Source of the DNA: Octopus vulgaris
Lineage: Eukaryota
Direction of reading: 5' to 3'
Assembly (NCBI GenBank): GCA_951406725.2
Contig: OX597817.1
Coordinates: 158,596,001 to 158,660,000 of the forward strand
DNA length: 64,000 bases
In this document: positions 1 through 15,700 of the stretch, piece after piece
How the letters are laid out: every line of letters starts with the position of its first letter
How positions within the stretch are numbered: the first letter of the stretch is position 1
Made by a program: the position numbers and the translations under genes
Notes under the pieces: generated by a model
Database searches by the model: none
Told to the model about the DNA's origin: nothing
What the model saw: the letters and a program-made list of their open reading frames with translations, nothing else

Positions 1-655
1 AGTGCTTCTGAAAAGCCGCGACAATTTGGTTACAACCCCATCGGCGGGCCTCCACTTTCTCCAAAAGCCACGCACAGTTCTTACACACCGGCTAAAGCTG
101 ATATTGTTAAAGCAACTGATCCTAGAAAGTCAAGATCCCAAGAACCAACTAGACCGCCCCCGAAAAAAGTGGTTCCACCACCAACGAGGCCTCCACCGAT
201 CACAGACCCAAAGAGAGCCCCACCTCCAAGACCAAGCGGGCCAGCGCCAAAACAAAGTGCGCCAGCATCAAAACAAGGTGTACCAGCTTCAAAACCAACT
301 GCGCCAGCTTCAAGACAAAGTATGCCGCCACCAAAGATTGAAGTTATTGAGAAAAAACCTGAACCAAAGAAAAGTGAGCTGGAAGTTTCGAAAAAACCTG
401 AACCAAAGAAAAGTGAACTGGAAGTTTCGAAAAAACCTGAACCAAAGAAAAGTGAACTGGAAGTTTCGAAAAAACCGGAACCGGCAGCAACAACCAAACC
501 AACAGACAAACCAACCAAAGAAAAAAAAGAAGAGAAGCCGGTGCCAAAACCTGCCGAAAAACCGGCGGAAAGGAGAATGTCAAAATCAGATGAAGAGAAG
601 AAAACTGAAGATGTAAAGGCTGATAAAAAAGAGGAAACTACTGGCAGGAAAGACA
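1..655 (+). CDS. Internal exon (starts before window) of uncharacterised gene A; Pro/Lys/Glu-rich disordered region
   Basis: Frame 1 is open from base 1 (SASEKPRQFGYNPIGGPPLSPK...KKEETTGRKD); ends at donor A|GTAAGA (656), phase 1, matching the next exon. Confidence 0.8.
351..483 (+). repeat. Coding 39-bp tandem repeat, about 3.4 copies (KKPEPKKSELEVS)
   Basis: gaaaaaacctgaaccaaagaaaagtga(g/a)ctggaagtttc repeated three times, plus a partial copy. Confidence 0.9.
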
Positions 656-1299
656 GTAAGACAATCTATATTCTTTTATTCTTTTATTCTTTTATTCTTT
701 TACTTGTTTCAATCATTTGACAGCGACCATGCTGGAGCACTGCCTTGAAGGTTTTTAGTCAAAGAAATCGACTCCGGGACTTATTCTTTGTAAGCCCAGT
801 ACTTATTCTATCGGTTTCTTTTGCCGAACTGCTAAGTAACGGGGGCGTAAACACACCAGCATCGGTTGTCAAGCGATGTTTGGGGGGACAAACACAGACA
901 CAGACACGCATAGATATATACATATATACGACGGGCTTCTTTCAGTTTCCGTCTACTAAATCCACTCACAAAGCTTTGGTCGGCCCGAGGCTATAGTGGA
1001 AGACACTTGCCCAAGGTGCCACGCGGTGGGACTGAACCCGGAACCATGTGGTTGGGAAGCAAGCTTCTTACCACACAGCCTGCGTGCCTAAAACCTTTAA
1101 TAACTCTGTTGTTCTGTTGTAATGTTATTTCATGATCGTAATCCTTTAGCGTCAATCTTAAATGCGTTCTGGTATTAAACTATGTTCTTTAACATTCTAA
1201 ATTCGAATTTCACCGAATTCCTCTTAGCTTTTCGTGCTTCCAGAGTAGATGAAACACTTACCAGTCATACCAAAAAAAAAAATTTAATAGACTATATAC

Positions 1300-1528
1300 G
1301 GATCTTTTCTTTTTGAAGGCCAGATTTTCCTAGTTAACTAAAAAATTTGAAACTTCGTATACTGGTAGAAGGTGTCAAAAGAAAACATTATTGTAAACAA
1401 AATTGAAAACAAAATTGTAATTTGTAACTTAAACGTAGTTTAATTTTTACGAATTTTAACCAATGAAATCCCAACATTGCTGCGTTATCGATATTGATAA
1501 ATAAATATAGCAGACGCACGACACACAC

Positions 1529-1588
<60 letters not shown>

Positions 1589-2293
1589 TTTGCACAAGCA
1601 CATAGTAATTAATATATAAGCGTACACACACATACAAACGGACATATACATACACACACATACGCACACAAGCAAAAATACACGTTCGTGTTTTGCCACT
1701 TGCCGCAACAAATTTGCACAGAAGGGGGGTGGGGTCAATGTTTCATCGTTTCGGGGTCGATAAATTAAGTACCAATTACGCACTGGTGTCGAGGATTTTT
1801 TTCCCAATTTATATCACAGCTTCCGACAAGCTGGGGCATCCTTTTATGAAAAAATATTTCGCAAATTTTTATAATACTACTAACACTCCACGCGCAAACT
1901 CGAGACCGATTTAGGCATATTATTGTTTTGCTTTTGTTGTTTCTGGCCCTTCAAAACCATGGGAGAAGCCTTTTCGGTAAAAAAAAAAGAAAGAAAATAT
2001 TCAAAAAATATCGTTAATATTTTTATTGGGCGACGAAATTAATCGATTTAAGAGATATAGCTGTTATTTCTAGCACATGTAGAAGACAGAAGAAGAGGTA
2101 AATAATTTGAGCTCGAATGCTGCGATTTCATTGGTTAAAATTCTTAAAATTAAACTACATTTAAGTTACCAATTACAATTTTGTTTTCAATTTTGTTTAC
2201 AATAATGTTTTCTTTTGACACATTCTACCAGTATACGAAGTTTCAAATTTTTTAGTTAACTAGGAAAATCTAGCCTTCAAAAAGAAAAGATCC
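1300..2293. mobile_element. Unclassified DNA element with about 185-bp TIRs
   Basis: 1300-1484 is the reverse complement of about 2118-2293; related one-sided copy at about 13613-13830. Confidence 0.75.
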
Positions 2294-3190
2294 CTACATA
2301 CTCTTTTACTCTTTTACTTGTTTCAGTCATTTGACTGTGGCCATGCTGGAGCACCACCTTTTAGTCGAGCAAATCGACCCCAGGACTTATTCTTTGTAAG
2401 CCTAGTATTTATTCTATCGGTCTCTTTTGCCGAACCGCTAAGTTACGGGGACGTAAACATACCAGCATATATATATATACGACAGGCTTCTTTCAGTTTC
2501 CGTCTACCAAATCCACTCACAATGCTTTGGTCGGCACGAGGCTATAGTAGAAGGCACTTGCCCAAGGTGCCACGCAATGGGACTGAAAACGGAACCATGT
2601 GGTTGGTAAGCAAGCTACTTACCACACAGCCACTCCTGCGCTATGTCGTATTTCGATTCCATTGATAACCATTCTACAACTGAGTTTCGATTCTTGGTAA
2701 AAAAAAACAACAAAAAAAAACGGGAATCGAAATAGGGTGGTATCGGGGCTTATGCTGCAGTTTATTGTTAACGTGCGTCCCTAGTTTCTTTACTACGTGT
2801 CATATTTTACTATTCAAATGTTAGATTAATGGATACGAGTAACTGTATGTGTGTGTGCGCGTTTTACATAATAATAATAATAATTGTGTACAGTGCTCAG
2901 GTGCACTACAAAGTGCTCAGGTGCACTACAATGTAGCTCAATTATTAAAATAGTGTTGTACACAGCTCTATCGTATAAACATGTTTATATTCACGTCCCG
3001 ATGCCTTTCATCCTTTCGAGGTCGATAAATAAAGTACCAGTTACGCACTGGGGTCGATGTAATCGACTTAATCCCTTTCGGTGTCCTTATTTGTCCTCTC
3101 TATGTTTAGCCCCTTGTGGGCAATAAAGAAATATAAACATGTTTATATTCACATACGTGAGTGTGTGTACGAACATATACATATGTACAC

Positions 3191-3233
<43 letters not shown>

Positions 3234-3433
3234 GGAGTTCTTTCCTTTTTCTGCCTACTAAATTCTTTCACAAAGCTTTGGTCCGCCCGAGGCTGTAGTA
3301 ACAATCACGTGTCCAGGGTGCTACGCAGTAGGACTGAACCCCAAACCATGCGTTTGGGAAGCAAGCTTCATGCCACGCTGTTGTGACTGCGCAGACACTC
3401 ATAGACAGACACACAGACAAACAGAAGACAGAC

Positions 3434-3521
<88 letters not shown>

Positions 3522-3566
3522 GTACGTATGTATGCATGTATGTATGTATATATGTATGTATGTATG

Positions 3567-3623
<57 letters not shown>

Positions 3624-3626
<3 letters not shown>

Positions 3627-3869
3627 GGTTGGCCAAAAGTCACCTGACAGGACAGTAATTCAAAATTCCATAAATACTTAATATTTTATGTTTTTTGTTT
3701 TATTCATTCCAATTATGAATGTTTACTAATTGAATGCTGTGAGTTAAAATCGCGTTTTTATTTTTTCCAACATTTGTTTATTAGCGAAGTCTCATTCAGT
3801 TGTTAAACATAAACAAACTTGGAATTAAGTGGTTTTGATTAACTGTCAGGTGACTTTTGGCCAACCCTG
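3624..3869. mobile_element. Tc1/mariner-type MITE
   Basis: 27-bp TIR CAGGGTTGGCCAAAAGTCACCTGACAG, in TA-repeat context. Confidence 0.85.
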
Positions 3870-3879
3870 TATATGTATG

Positions 3880-3918
<39 letters not shown>

Positions 3919-4208
3919 TCATCATCACGTGACCGACCAGTCCATCAGATGTAGTTACACATCGCTGGTCACAATGCGTCCGCATTGTTTTAGCCTTCGA
4001 ATGACGCCACCCCGCTGGCTAAGCGAGCAGGCCAACAGAAGAAAGAGTGGTGAAAGAGTACAGCAGGGATCATCCCCATCCCTGCCGGAGCCTCGTGGAG
4101 CTTTTAGGTGTTTTCGCTCAATAAACACTCACAACGCCCGGTCTGGGAATCGAAACCGCGATCCTACGACCGTGAGTCCGCTGCCCTAACCACTAGGCCA
4201 TTGCGCCT

Positions 4209-4283
<75 letters not shown>

Positions 4284-4362
4284 CATACATACATACGTAC
4301 ATACATACATACATACATACATACATACATACATACATACATACATACATACATACATACAT

Positions 4363-4419
<57 letters not shown>

Positions 4420-6141
4420 CAATTTTGTCACCGGTCAGTCTTTATTCACACAGATCCATATCGAAAGCATATGGTCATCCTATCTTTTTTTCAATCTCGT
4501 CCTTCTTTGTGTGAGACGACAGATTCTGATATGAGTCAGATTTGGCTGCTATTCCTAGTATGTCAAGCAACCAGGTCGAAGCTCTTTCATTGGCTTGCTG
4601 TTGTCATGCCAGCATGGGCTGCTCAAGAAGATTAGTTGTTGTTTTTTTCTGTGAATGTCTTTAAATAAGTGGTAGCAAATTGGCAAAGTCGTTAAAGCAT
4701 CCAATAAAATGATGCGTTCTATTTGTTCTGTGATTCGACACTGAGATCAAATCTTACCGTGGTCATTATTGCATTTTCTTTCTTTCGGGGGTTGATAATA
4801 AAACAGTAACAAACCAGAACGGTGAATTAAAGAACTGTAAAAACGTAGGACTGGATGCCTTGCAGTATTTGTTCCAGGTCTTGCATTCTGAGTTCAAATT
4901 CCGCTATGGCCTACATGAATGGTAAACTTCCTCTAGCGCCTTTAGCTGCAAGCATTCAGGGCAGGTTTGAGGATACCTTCCTCGCCCCCACCACCCGCTC
5001 ACTAATCCCGGAAGGGTCATTGGCACTACTTTCCTTTCTGACTAAAAGACGTATAAAAAAAAACCTACTCACCAAAAGTGTATATGTTTTGGGACATAGG
5101 TGATTTCGGATGTGGTCTGTGTGCTGTGGCCTATCTAAAGCGTGTACCGCCAAGGGCAGCCCTTGAGTTTGCAGCCCCACCCCGTGTCACCAAACCATTA
5201 CAGGCTTAGAAAATTACTATTTTTAAATCTCACAACGTGAGGTATTCAGCAACAGTACTTTATAGTAAAGATTGTTTGCCAACGTAACATGGCTGTCTCG
5301 GTCCCGGAAATCGCGATACACAGATATTGTTTTAAGCTGAGTGGGGGTGCTAGATTTCCTTGTTCGAAAATATAAAGACACAGATCGTGTCGTATAGCCG
5401 GCTGGAGACGATGTCTCCTGGGGCTAAATTACAGCAACATTCGTCCTAGCCCGGAACTACCATGTTTTGTTGGCAAACAATCTTTACTACATTACAGGGT
5501 TATTCAGCAGTCCCAAAAGTTCCACCCCCGTAAAAGCGTTGCCCGGGACAAACCTCCCGCGCACACACACATATAAACTGGCACTCCGTCGGTTACGATA
5601 ACAAGGGTCCCGCTTGATTCGATCGACGGAACAGCCTACTCATGAAACTGACGTGCAAGTGGTTGAGTACTCCACGGGTTCACGTACCCTTAACGTAATT
5701 CTCATGGAATTTCAGTGTGACACAGAATGTGACAATGCTGGCCTTTTGAAATACAGATACAACTTATTTTTGTCACTACCATCAGATAGGCTCTCTGCAG
5801 ACTGAGATGATGTTGAAGTGTGAAGCTTGTTGAGATTTGGTGTTGCGAGATTGGGAGACGAAACAGGAGTGATACAATCTACGGTAGATCTACAGTAAAA
5901 GAAAAGGATAAATATCCTATGGACTCGTAAGGACCGGTTTTCCGATTTCCATGGCATATATATATATATAAATCTCGGAGCGAGTTATAGGGCACAGATA
6001 GTGTGTCTATAGCAAGCTGGAGGAGATATCTTCCTGGGGCTACAAACTACAGTAGCATCCACCCTTAGGGGTCAGCCATATTCAAATGGCAAATATGCGT
6101 CACGATGTGTTACCGCTACTGTTTATATATATATATATATA

Positions 6142-6653
6142 TTGAGTTGTCCGGAAAGTTCGTGCCGATTTTTAAAGGAAAGAAAAAGGTCAATAAATAC
6201 TTGCCATTACATTTTTAATCAACCAAATATGAACCATTTTGTTGCACAATGCGTCTCCATCTTTCCTTTAAACTGAAAATACCCTCTTCCCAGAATTGAG
6301 GTGGTTTCATGGCAAACAATTCATCAAGGTATCTTTTTATGTCATCCAAAGAATTGAAATTTTTACCATTAAGACTGTTCTGCAGAGAACTGAATAAGTG
6401 GAAATCCGAAGGAGCAATATCTGGTGAATATGGAGGGTGGGGTAACACATCCCAGCCGAGGTGCAGCAATTTTTGTCTGGTTCCCAAAGCATCAAGTGCT
6501 GAAAATGAACTTTCTTATCTTCCATTTTAAAGTGTTACAGAATTAACACAGGTTATAGGAACATAAACCTTCTTCCACGAAAAGATAGCTTAAACTGTGC
6601 TCTAAATGGAGGTGTAGTCAAATCCTATTTTATGGACTCAACCTTGTTCTAAA
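6142..6653 (-). mobile_element. Internally deleted mariner element, missing one TIR
   Basis: HPPYSPDIAPSDFHLF motif; TIR ttgagttgtccggaaagttcgtgccgattt. Confidence 0.9.
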
Positions 6654-7109
6654 ATGCTAATGTTTCTGCCAGCTCGCCGCCTGTAATTAAATGTTACTAG
6701 GAATTGTATAAATGTTTGTTAAAATATTTTATGTTCTGTAGAGGTATAACCAATTTATGGCACATAACTTTTAACAAAATTTTGTAGGAATTTCCAAGGG
6801 TCACGTGGACCCCAGTTGAGAACCATTGCTCTATATTTTGCCATCGTTTCCCTTCTAATCTTCCTACTTTATCTTTCTCTGTCTTCTTTTATACTTATCT
6901 ACGCTCCCATGAATCTATCATCCATCTATCTGATTTCGATTTCCGCTTGGAGCCATTTCATTTGTAAATTTAACAGAGACTGGGAAATTGTATGGATGAC
7001 AAAACGAATTTATATATATAGCTACACATCCATAAACTTACACGCACTCGTACTAAGTGCTAGACACTAGATGCATCTACCGATCAAAATGTACACATAC
7101 ACACAAGTA

Positions 7110-7149
<40 letters not shown>

Positions 7150-7204
7150 GCCATCTCTCTCTCTCTCTCTGTTGTCTGTCTGTCTGTCTACCTGCATGCC
7201 TGCC

Positions 7205-8279
<1,075 letters not shown>

Positions 8280-9149
8280 AAGCAACTCTGCCGTCCTGGG
8301 TCGACCTTAAGTGACTTCAACACAACCAAAGCATTCTATAGGGGTTTAGTGGAGGGGAGGTACGACGACGAGCTCGGGGCGAACCTGGACGTCGACGAGG
8401 AGTACCTGACCCGCCTGTTCAGGACGACTTTCGGGCCAGGGCCCATGGACAACTTCCAGAGATCCCTGGCCTGGCAGTGCTACCGAGAAGCGCTACCCGT
8501 TCGGGATAAGCTCTACAGACACGGCTCGAGAAACACGGGGCCGACCTGCCCGAGATGCGGTCAGAGCGACGAAACCGTTCTGCACGCACTCGTTCAGTGT
8601 CCAACAATTTCCGACCTGTGGGCTTATGTCGAACAACTGCTGTCACGTGTGGGACGAGTCGGTTTATCAGCTGAGTCTATCGTCAATATTGTCACGCCTC
8701 CTTCCTTCAAACGGGAAGGAAGAGCTATTTTCATCATCCTTGTGGCTATGGCGAAAGAATGTATCTGGTGGACGCGTCTGAAAGGATTGGAGACAAACAC
8801 TTTCCTCTCTGGTCAATCTCTCATCAACTTCTTCAAGTACCACTTGAAAAGGAAAGTGAGAGTAGAGAGGCAAGTTTTGTCTAGCGAATGTTTTAAAAAA
8901 AGATGGGTGAATGTAGCAAGAATGGCACGTATGAATGACGAAGCCACCTTGAGCATAGTCCTATGAACCCAGAAATCGAAAACAGAGAGTTGCTTATTTG
9001 CAAAAAAAAAAAAAAAGAAATATAAAATGTGACTTCATTGACCGAGGTTACCGTGGTCTTTTCCGTAGGCTTTTCTTTCCACGGGTAAACCTCACCTGTC
9101 CTCCCCTTTACACTTCATATTGACATTTCTGTGATAACGATCCCTATTG

Positions 9150-9182
<33 letters not shown>

Positions 9183-9360
9183 CCCTCCCCCTTTTTTTAA
9201 CCCCCTTTTTTTTGTCCTCTTTCTCTCCTTTTACGATCCCTTTTGATCGAAACTCCCCCTTCCTTTTTTTTTTTTTTTTTTTTTTTAAACCTTCAAAAGA
9301 AAAGCTCTACCTTGTAATTTGTTCTATCTGTGTGCAGCCCTGTGTGGCTAATAAAGAAAC
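8280..9360 (+). mobile_element. 5'-truncated Tx1/L1-clade non-LTR retrotransposon (ORF2 C-terminus with zf-RVT, plus 3'UTR)
   Basis: ORF 8349-8966 contains CPRC...ETVLHALVQC and LAWQCYREALP; T-rich 3'UTR; flanked by (TATC)n. Confidence 0.85.
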
Positions 9361-9411
9361 ATATCTATCTATCTATCTATCTAAAGTATACTATCTTTTT
9401 CTAACTCACAG

Positions 9412-9698
9412 GTTTAAGTGCAAAAGGTGAAAAAAGCAGTCGAAGAGGTTCACGCGTCTCATTTTCCAGTGCTTCCGGTACTGCTGCGAAACGGTTGAGT
9501 ATAGGAGGTCAAAAGGATGAAGGGCTGCCACCTATGACACCATTAAGAAAGAAATCCATCCAGCAGTTCCTTATGGAAAAGGCTAAACAAGAAAGGCACA
9601 GATTATCAGTATTGCCTGGTGACGCCGGACGAATATCTATATCTCAAGCTAGGCCAGGAGAGCGAATCACATTTGCTAACCTCGTTTTAAAAACACAG
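9412..9698 (+). CDS. Gene A exon (SLSAKGEKSSRRGSRVSF...FANLVLKTQ), rich in basic/Ser motifs
   Basis: Acceptor ctaactcacag|, donor CAG|GTATGT; phase 1 in (fits 655), phase 0 out; no stops. Confidence 0.8.
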
Positions 9699-9755
9699 GT
9701 ATGTTCACTTAATTATCATTATATCATATTGATAGCTATATACACGTATATACAA

Positions 9756-10170
9756 GGCGGCGAGCTGGCAGAAACGTTAGCACGGCGGGCGAAATGCTTT
9801 GCGGTATTTCGCGTCTGCCGCTACGTTTTGAGTTCAAATTCCGCCGAGGTCGACTTTGCCTTTCATCCTTTCGGAGTCGATAAATTAAGTACCAGTTTCG
9901 CATTGGGGTCGATGTAATCGACTTAATCCGTTTGTCTGTCCTTGTTTGTCCCTTCTGTGTTTGGCCCCTTATGGGTAGTAAAGAAATACGTATTTCGTCC
10001 GGCGTTGCGTTCTGAGTTCAAATTCCGCCGAGGTCGACTTTGCCTTTCATCCTTTCGGAGTCGATAAATTAAGTACCAGTTTCGCACTGGGGTCGATGTT
10101 ATCGACTTAATCCGTTTGTCTGTCCTTGTTTGCCCCTTCTGTGTTTAGCCCCTTGTGGGTAGTAAAGAAA
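9756..10170 (+). mobile_element. SINE family B (partial tandem dimer here); further copies at about 15284-15712(+), 20493-20704(-), 25592-25820(+), 51765-52160(-), 58200-58352(-)
   Basis: ggcggcgagctggcagaaacg head, gagttcaaattcc B-box, conserved core gcctttcatcctttcggggtcgataaattaagtaccag. Confidence 0.85.
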
Positions 10171-10291
10171 TATATATACACGTATATACATATACAATTA
10201 TATGCGTGTGTGTAAGTAAATATATATATAAATATTGTGTGTGTATAATACGTATTACCTCTCTCTCTCCACCCTCTCTTTCCCCCCCCTC

Positions 10292-10327
<36 letters not shown>

Positions 10328-10560
10328 ATGGGAGTAAATTTAAAACATTTTAATTTAGAAAGAAATTAATAAAATAATTTAAAATTTTATATATATAGAA
10401 AATATTACCGGTTTCGATGATGGATTTCATCTATTCAAATATTAATAAAAATTTGGAATTTGAAGTATATACAGTTTGTATTTATCTTATGTTTGGTGGT
10501 TAGAACAAGTCCGGAGATTTTTCGTACAATCTTCTTTAAATAAAGTTTATTTGTAAATAA

Positions 10561-10947
10561 TCTCTCTCTATATAAACGGCAGTTTGTCTGTGTGTGTTTC
10601 TGTGTGTCTGTTAGGTTGTACCCTCACCCTGACCACTGCTTTCAACCGATTCTGATGAAACTTGACACACACATAGCCCAATGTCATAATTCAAAACTAA
10701 CGCAGCGAAAATTTTGAAAAGTTCCCCCAGTTCTGAAAAAAATCGATAAATTCGACATGGGGTCGAGAATCAGAAACACAAACCACAGACTGTCTAGGGG
10801 ACGCAACTCGACCTTTTTTTAACTCTCAAAAAAAAATTTACCATAATTTTTTTTCCATTTTTTTTCTATATTTTGGCAATAACTCTCTAAAAATGCTTTA
10901 TAGTTATTTCCCTTACAAACCTGAGCAACGCCGGGCGATACTGCTAG
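10561..10947 (+). mobile_element. Non-autonomous Helitron, subfamily A
   Basis: 5' TC, 3' CTAG, GC-rich subterminal hairpin, inserted at A^T. Confidence 0.85.
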
Positions 10948-11564
10948 TTTGGTATAAAGCTCAATGTGTTAGAAAGAAAGTGAGGGGGTGTAGTTGCCTA
11001 TTGTCTTAAAAAGTCTCTGTGGGTACCTGCCGAGGGAGTGGCTTAATAGAATTTATTGACTGGGTTTTATGTCCAGCTGCGTGAGTGTGTGTGTCACCCC
11101 CCTCCACACACACACGAAACAGAACCACGAAACAAAGTGTTTTTATTTCAAGTTCCAAATTTTTATTAATATTTGATAAGATGAAATTTATCATCGAACC
11201 CGGTAATATTTTACATTTTCTATATATATATAATTTTTAAAATCATTTTCTAAATTTCTTTCTAAATCAAAACGTCTTAAATTTGCTTCTGTTCTGTTTC
11301 CACCTCCATCTTTTATATATAAAAATTTGATTTGTATAGATCTCTATAATTTTTCAACAATATATATAGTCGCCATGATAGATCGGTAGCCACTACACAC
11401 ATTTTTTTCTCTCCTTGTTTCTCTCCCTGTTTTTTTTCAGTGGAAGAGCGTAGGCTCGAAACGTAAAAGACTTTTTCAATTCCTGAGCGTTATACTAATA
11501 CATCTGTTTGTTTTGTACACCACCTGTCTTCGTCTTTTGTTTTGTTTTTTTCGTGAATTCTCCC

Positions 11565-11654
<90 letters not shown>

Positions 11655-11713
11655 GCGGTGCTCCAGCATGGCTGCAGTCAAACACCTGAAATAATTAAAA
11701 GAATAAAAGAATA

Positions 11714-11946
11714 CAAGGTTGGCCAAAAGTCACCTGACAGTGAATCAAAACCATTTAATTCCAAAATTTGTTTTATGTTTAACAACTGAAAGAATTTAAT
11801 AAAAGCATTTAAAATATGAAACATCATGAAAATTGTTCAAACTGACGTCCTTCTTGAGCGACACATTTCTCCCATTCGAGTCGATGCAGAATTACAGATA
11901 GTATTTATAGAATTGAGATTTACTGTCGGGTGACATTTGGCCAACC

Positions 11947-11949
<3 letters not shown>
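11714..11949. mobile_element. Tc1/mariner-type MITE with the same TIR family and a different interior
   Basis: TA|caaggttggccaaaagtcacctgacag...ctgtcgggtgacatttggccaaccctg|TA. Confidence 0.8.
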
Positions 11950-12018
<69 letters not shown>

Positions 12019-12209
12019 CCAGTAGTTCACTCATCCGAAAAAGAAGTACACTTTAAAGTATTAGAGCAGTAATGTATATATTTAAGGAACTTAAAAGTTC
12101 ATAGAGTCGCCGGTCATAGAGTGACCATTAGTTTCACACCTATAAAACACTTAGCAGTATAGGCAGCTCGTTAGACTCAAATGGCTGAAGATGCATAACC
12201 TCTCTAATA

Positions 12210-12357
<148 letters not shown>

Positions 12358-12540
12358 GTAGCTTGTAGCCCCAGGAGAACATCGTCTCCAGCTGGCTTAT
12401 TGAGATGGCAAGAGACGATGTTCTCCTGGGGCTACAAGCTACAGTAACACCCACCCTTAGCGGTTAGCCATATTGAGATGGCAAGTATACCTCATACTGT
12501 CGTGCAGTTACTGTTTATATCTCGTTCAGAGATTTATTAT

Positions 12541-12595
<55 letters not shown>

Positions 12596-12600
12596 AATGC

Positions 12601-12790
12601 ATATAAAAAGGGATGACCACTAAGTGGACATCCATTATGCTAGAGGTAGACTTCATACGGTCTGACCACTAAGAAAAGATTGTTCTCAAGAAAATTCAGC
12701 AAAGAGAACAATCTTTTTTAGTGGTCAGACCATATGGGGTACCTCTAGCATAATGGAGGTCCACTTAGTGGTCATTCCTCTTATATGTAT
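12601..12790. mobile_element. Foldback derivative of a long-TIR element
   Basis: Inverted arms of about 85 bp with a short loop; same TIR as 16524-16926. Confidence 0.75.
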
Positions 12791-15700
12791 GTAATATAAT
12801 TTTTCTGAATCTTCAGATTTTTTCAATATGCTAGGTCACTTTATATATATATAATTAAAAAAAAAAAACGAAGAAAAAACACAACAAAAAAAAACAACGC
12901 GAGGACGTGGTACATGCAAAGTATTAGCAGATGCTCAGGGAAGGAAAGAAAGATAGTTTTACGTTTCGAGCAAAGCTCTTTGTCAGAAACAGAAAACGGA
13001 GGAAAAAATCTCCAACGATCTGCATGTGGTTACGCATGGATTAGTGGTATTTGGCTCTCAATCATAGCGTCCTTAGTTCGATTTCTGGTGGCGCGTTATA
13101 ACCTTGAGCAAGACGCTTTATTCCACAATGCTCCCATCTACTCATCTGGTAAAAATAAGCTGTATCTGTAATTCAAGGAGCCAGTCTTGTTACATTCTGT
13201 GTCACACTGAACTACCCTGAGAACTACGTTGAGGGTACGTGTGTCTGTGGAGAGTTCAGCCACTTGCATGTTAATTTCATGAGCGGACTGTTCCGTTGAT
13301 TTTGGAACATTCTGGAATGTTCTGGAACATTCTATGAATTTCCGAATGACGTGGAAGTGAGGGACTTCCGATCTACGTATTATAAAACGAAAAAACAAAG
13401 GTTAATCTTCCGTTTTTGCTTTTGAGCTTTGGATGAGAAGCGTTGAATTATGTATGTTGTTCTTTAAACCGTCCTCCAATTATAAGATTATCGTTTTTGT
13501 TTCAAAGTATTCTTATATACTAAGTCGCATACACAACATTGAGAAACTATTATCTGTAAAGTTGCAGCACACCACAATGAATAAAACCATTATTGTTCCT
13601 GTTTAAGGATTTGGATCTTTACCTTTTGACCGACAGATTTAAAAAATTATTTTTTGTAACTAAACACTTTCAAAGTTCGTATACTGGCAGAATGTGTCAT
13701 ATAAAACATCTTTTACTCTTAGCGTTTTTGAGAAAAACTTATATTTACGAAGTTATTTCACGTTAAATTTGTCGTATTTCGGTAATTTCAACCAATCAAT
13801 GACGTGTATTCAGCTGAATAAAATTACTGCTGAATACACGTCATTGCTGCTACGTTCTGAGTTCAAATTCCATCGAGGTCGACGTTACCTTTCATCCTCT
13901 CGTGCTCGATAAAATAAATATCAGTTGAACACTGGGGCTCGATTTAATCGAATTATCTCTCTCCCGAAAACGCTGGCCTTATTCCATAATTTGAAGCCAA
14001 TGTTAATTTTAGGTTAGTGAGAACGTGAGCAATGTTGAAGCGTTTACCTCATGTAAAGGCAAATGTTTGTAAACGAAAACAAAAATATCAAACTGTCAAA
14101 ATGTCTAAATGTGCTGTGGCCTATCTAAAGCATGTGCCGCCAGGGGCAGCCCTAGAGTTTGCCATCCCACCCCGTGTCACCAAACCATTACAGGCTTAGA
14201 AAATTACTAGTTTTAAATCTCACAACGTGAGGTATTCAGCAACAGTACTTTGTAGTAAAGGTTGTTTGCCAACATAACATGGCAGTCCCGGCCCCGGAAA
14301 TCGCGATACACAGATATTGTTTTGAGCTGAGTGGGGGCGCTAGATTCCTTTGTTCGAAAATATAAAGACACAGATCGTGTCGTATAGCCAGATTGTGTCG
14401 TTATGAGTTCAAATTCCGCCGAGGTCGACTTTGCCTTTCATCCTTTCGGGGTCGATAAATTAAGTATTTGTAGTTGTGGATTTGTAGTGGATCTTGCAAG
14501 CATGAAGTGGATTCGATCCACCATAGCCAAAGTTACAGATTTTGCTTAAAACTAGAATTAAAACTTTTAGGAGTAAACTGCTCTTAATCCTTGTTAATTC
14601 TTCTTAAACTTTATTCAAAAACACAGTATCACTATGTGGGAGGCGTATGTACATGAAAACAGCATCCTTATAGAGATAAAAAAACAAACTGTATTTATTA
14701 GTCAATGAATCTGCTATCAAACGAACTGAACAATCAATGTTTAGATTGCAGCATGTGTTAGATTATCAACGAAGCAGATTCAACGCCCTTCAACACGAGT
14801 TTAATAACACAGCCTGCTAAATTTTTTTTTCTTTAAATTGTCCATTTAATATGCTTTTTTGCTTGAAAGTCAATGCGAGGAGAGAAGGGGGAATAGAAAA
14901 AGAAAATTTTCAAAAAAAGCAAAAAAAAAGATGAAAAAAAAAAGAAAGAAAGAAAACACCTATCGAGCCGAGCAGATTAATAATGTCAAAATTAGCACTC
15001 GGCCCACTTAAGCTGGATAATAAGTAATATTTATATTATTTGGCAAGTATGATCTTCTCGTAAAACCCGATTAAGTAAGAGGAGTTGCTGTCTAAAACGT
15101 GAGCACGAGTTAAATATCAAACACGTTTTTTTAAAATTTACTAATCTCTCTCTCTTCCGCTCTATCTTCCTCTCTCTCTCTTCCGCTCTCTCTTCTTCTC
15201 TCTCTCTCTTCCGCTCTCTCTTCCTCTCTCTCTTCCTCTCTCCCTATTTCAATCTAGCTTTCATCTATTATTTTTTACTTGAAGGCGGCGAGCTGGCAGA
15301 AACGTTAGCACGACGGGCGAAATGTTTAGTGATATTTCGTCTGCCGTTATGTTCTGAGTTCAAATTCCGCCGAGGTCGACTTTGCCTTTCATCCTTTCGG
15401 GGTCGATTAATTAAGTACCAGTTACGCACTGAGGTCGATCGAATCGACTTAATCCCTTTGTCTATCCTTGTTTGTCCCCTCTATGTTTAGCTCCTTGTGG
15501 GCAATAAAGATAAAAGAAACGTTAGCACGCCGGGCGGAATGCTTAGCAATATTTCGTTGTCTTTACGTTCTGAGTTCAAATTCCGCCCAGGTTGACATTG
15601 CCTTTCATCCTTTTGGGGTCAACAAATTAAGTACCAGTTACGCACTGGGGTCGATATAATCGACTGGTCCCCACCCCCCAAATTTCGGGCCTTGTGCCTA

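Noticed and set aside
2-616. Alternative-frame ORFs 2-616(+) and 81-518(-)
   Set aside because: Shadow frames of the low-complexity frame-1 exon; frame 1 is the one that splices in phase to 9412.
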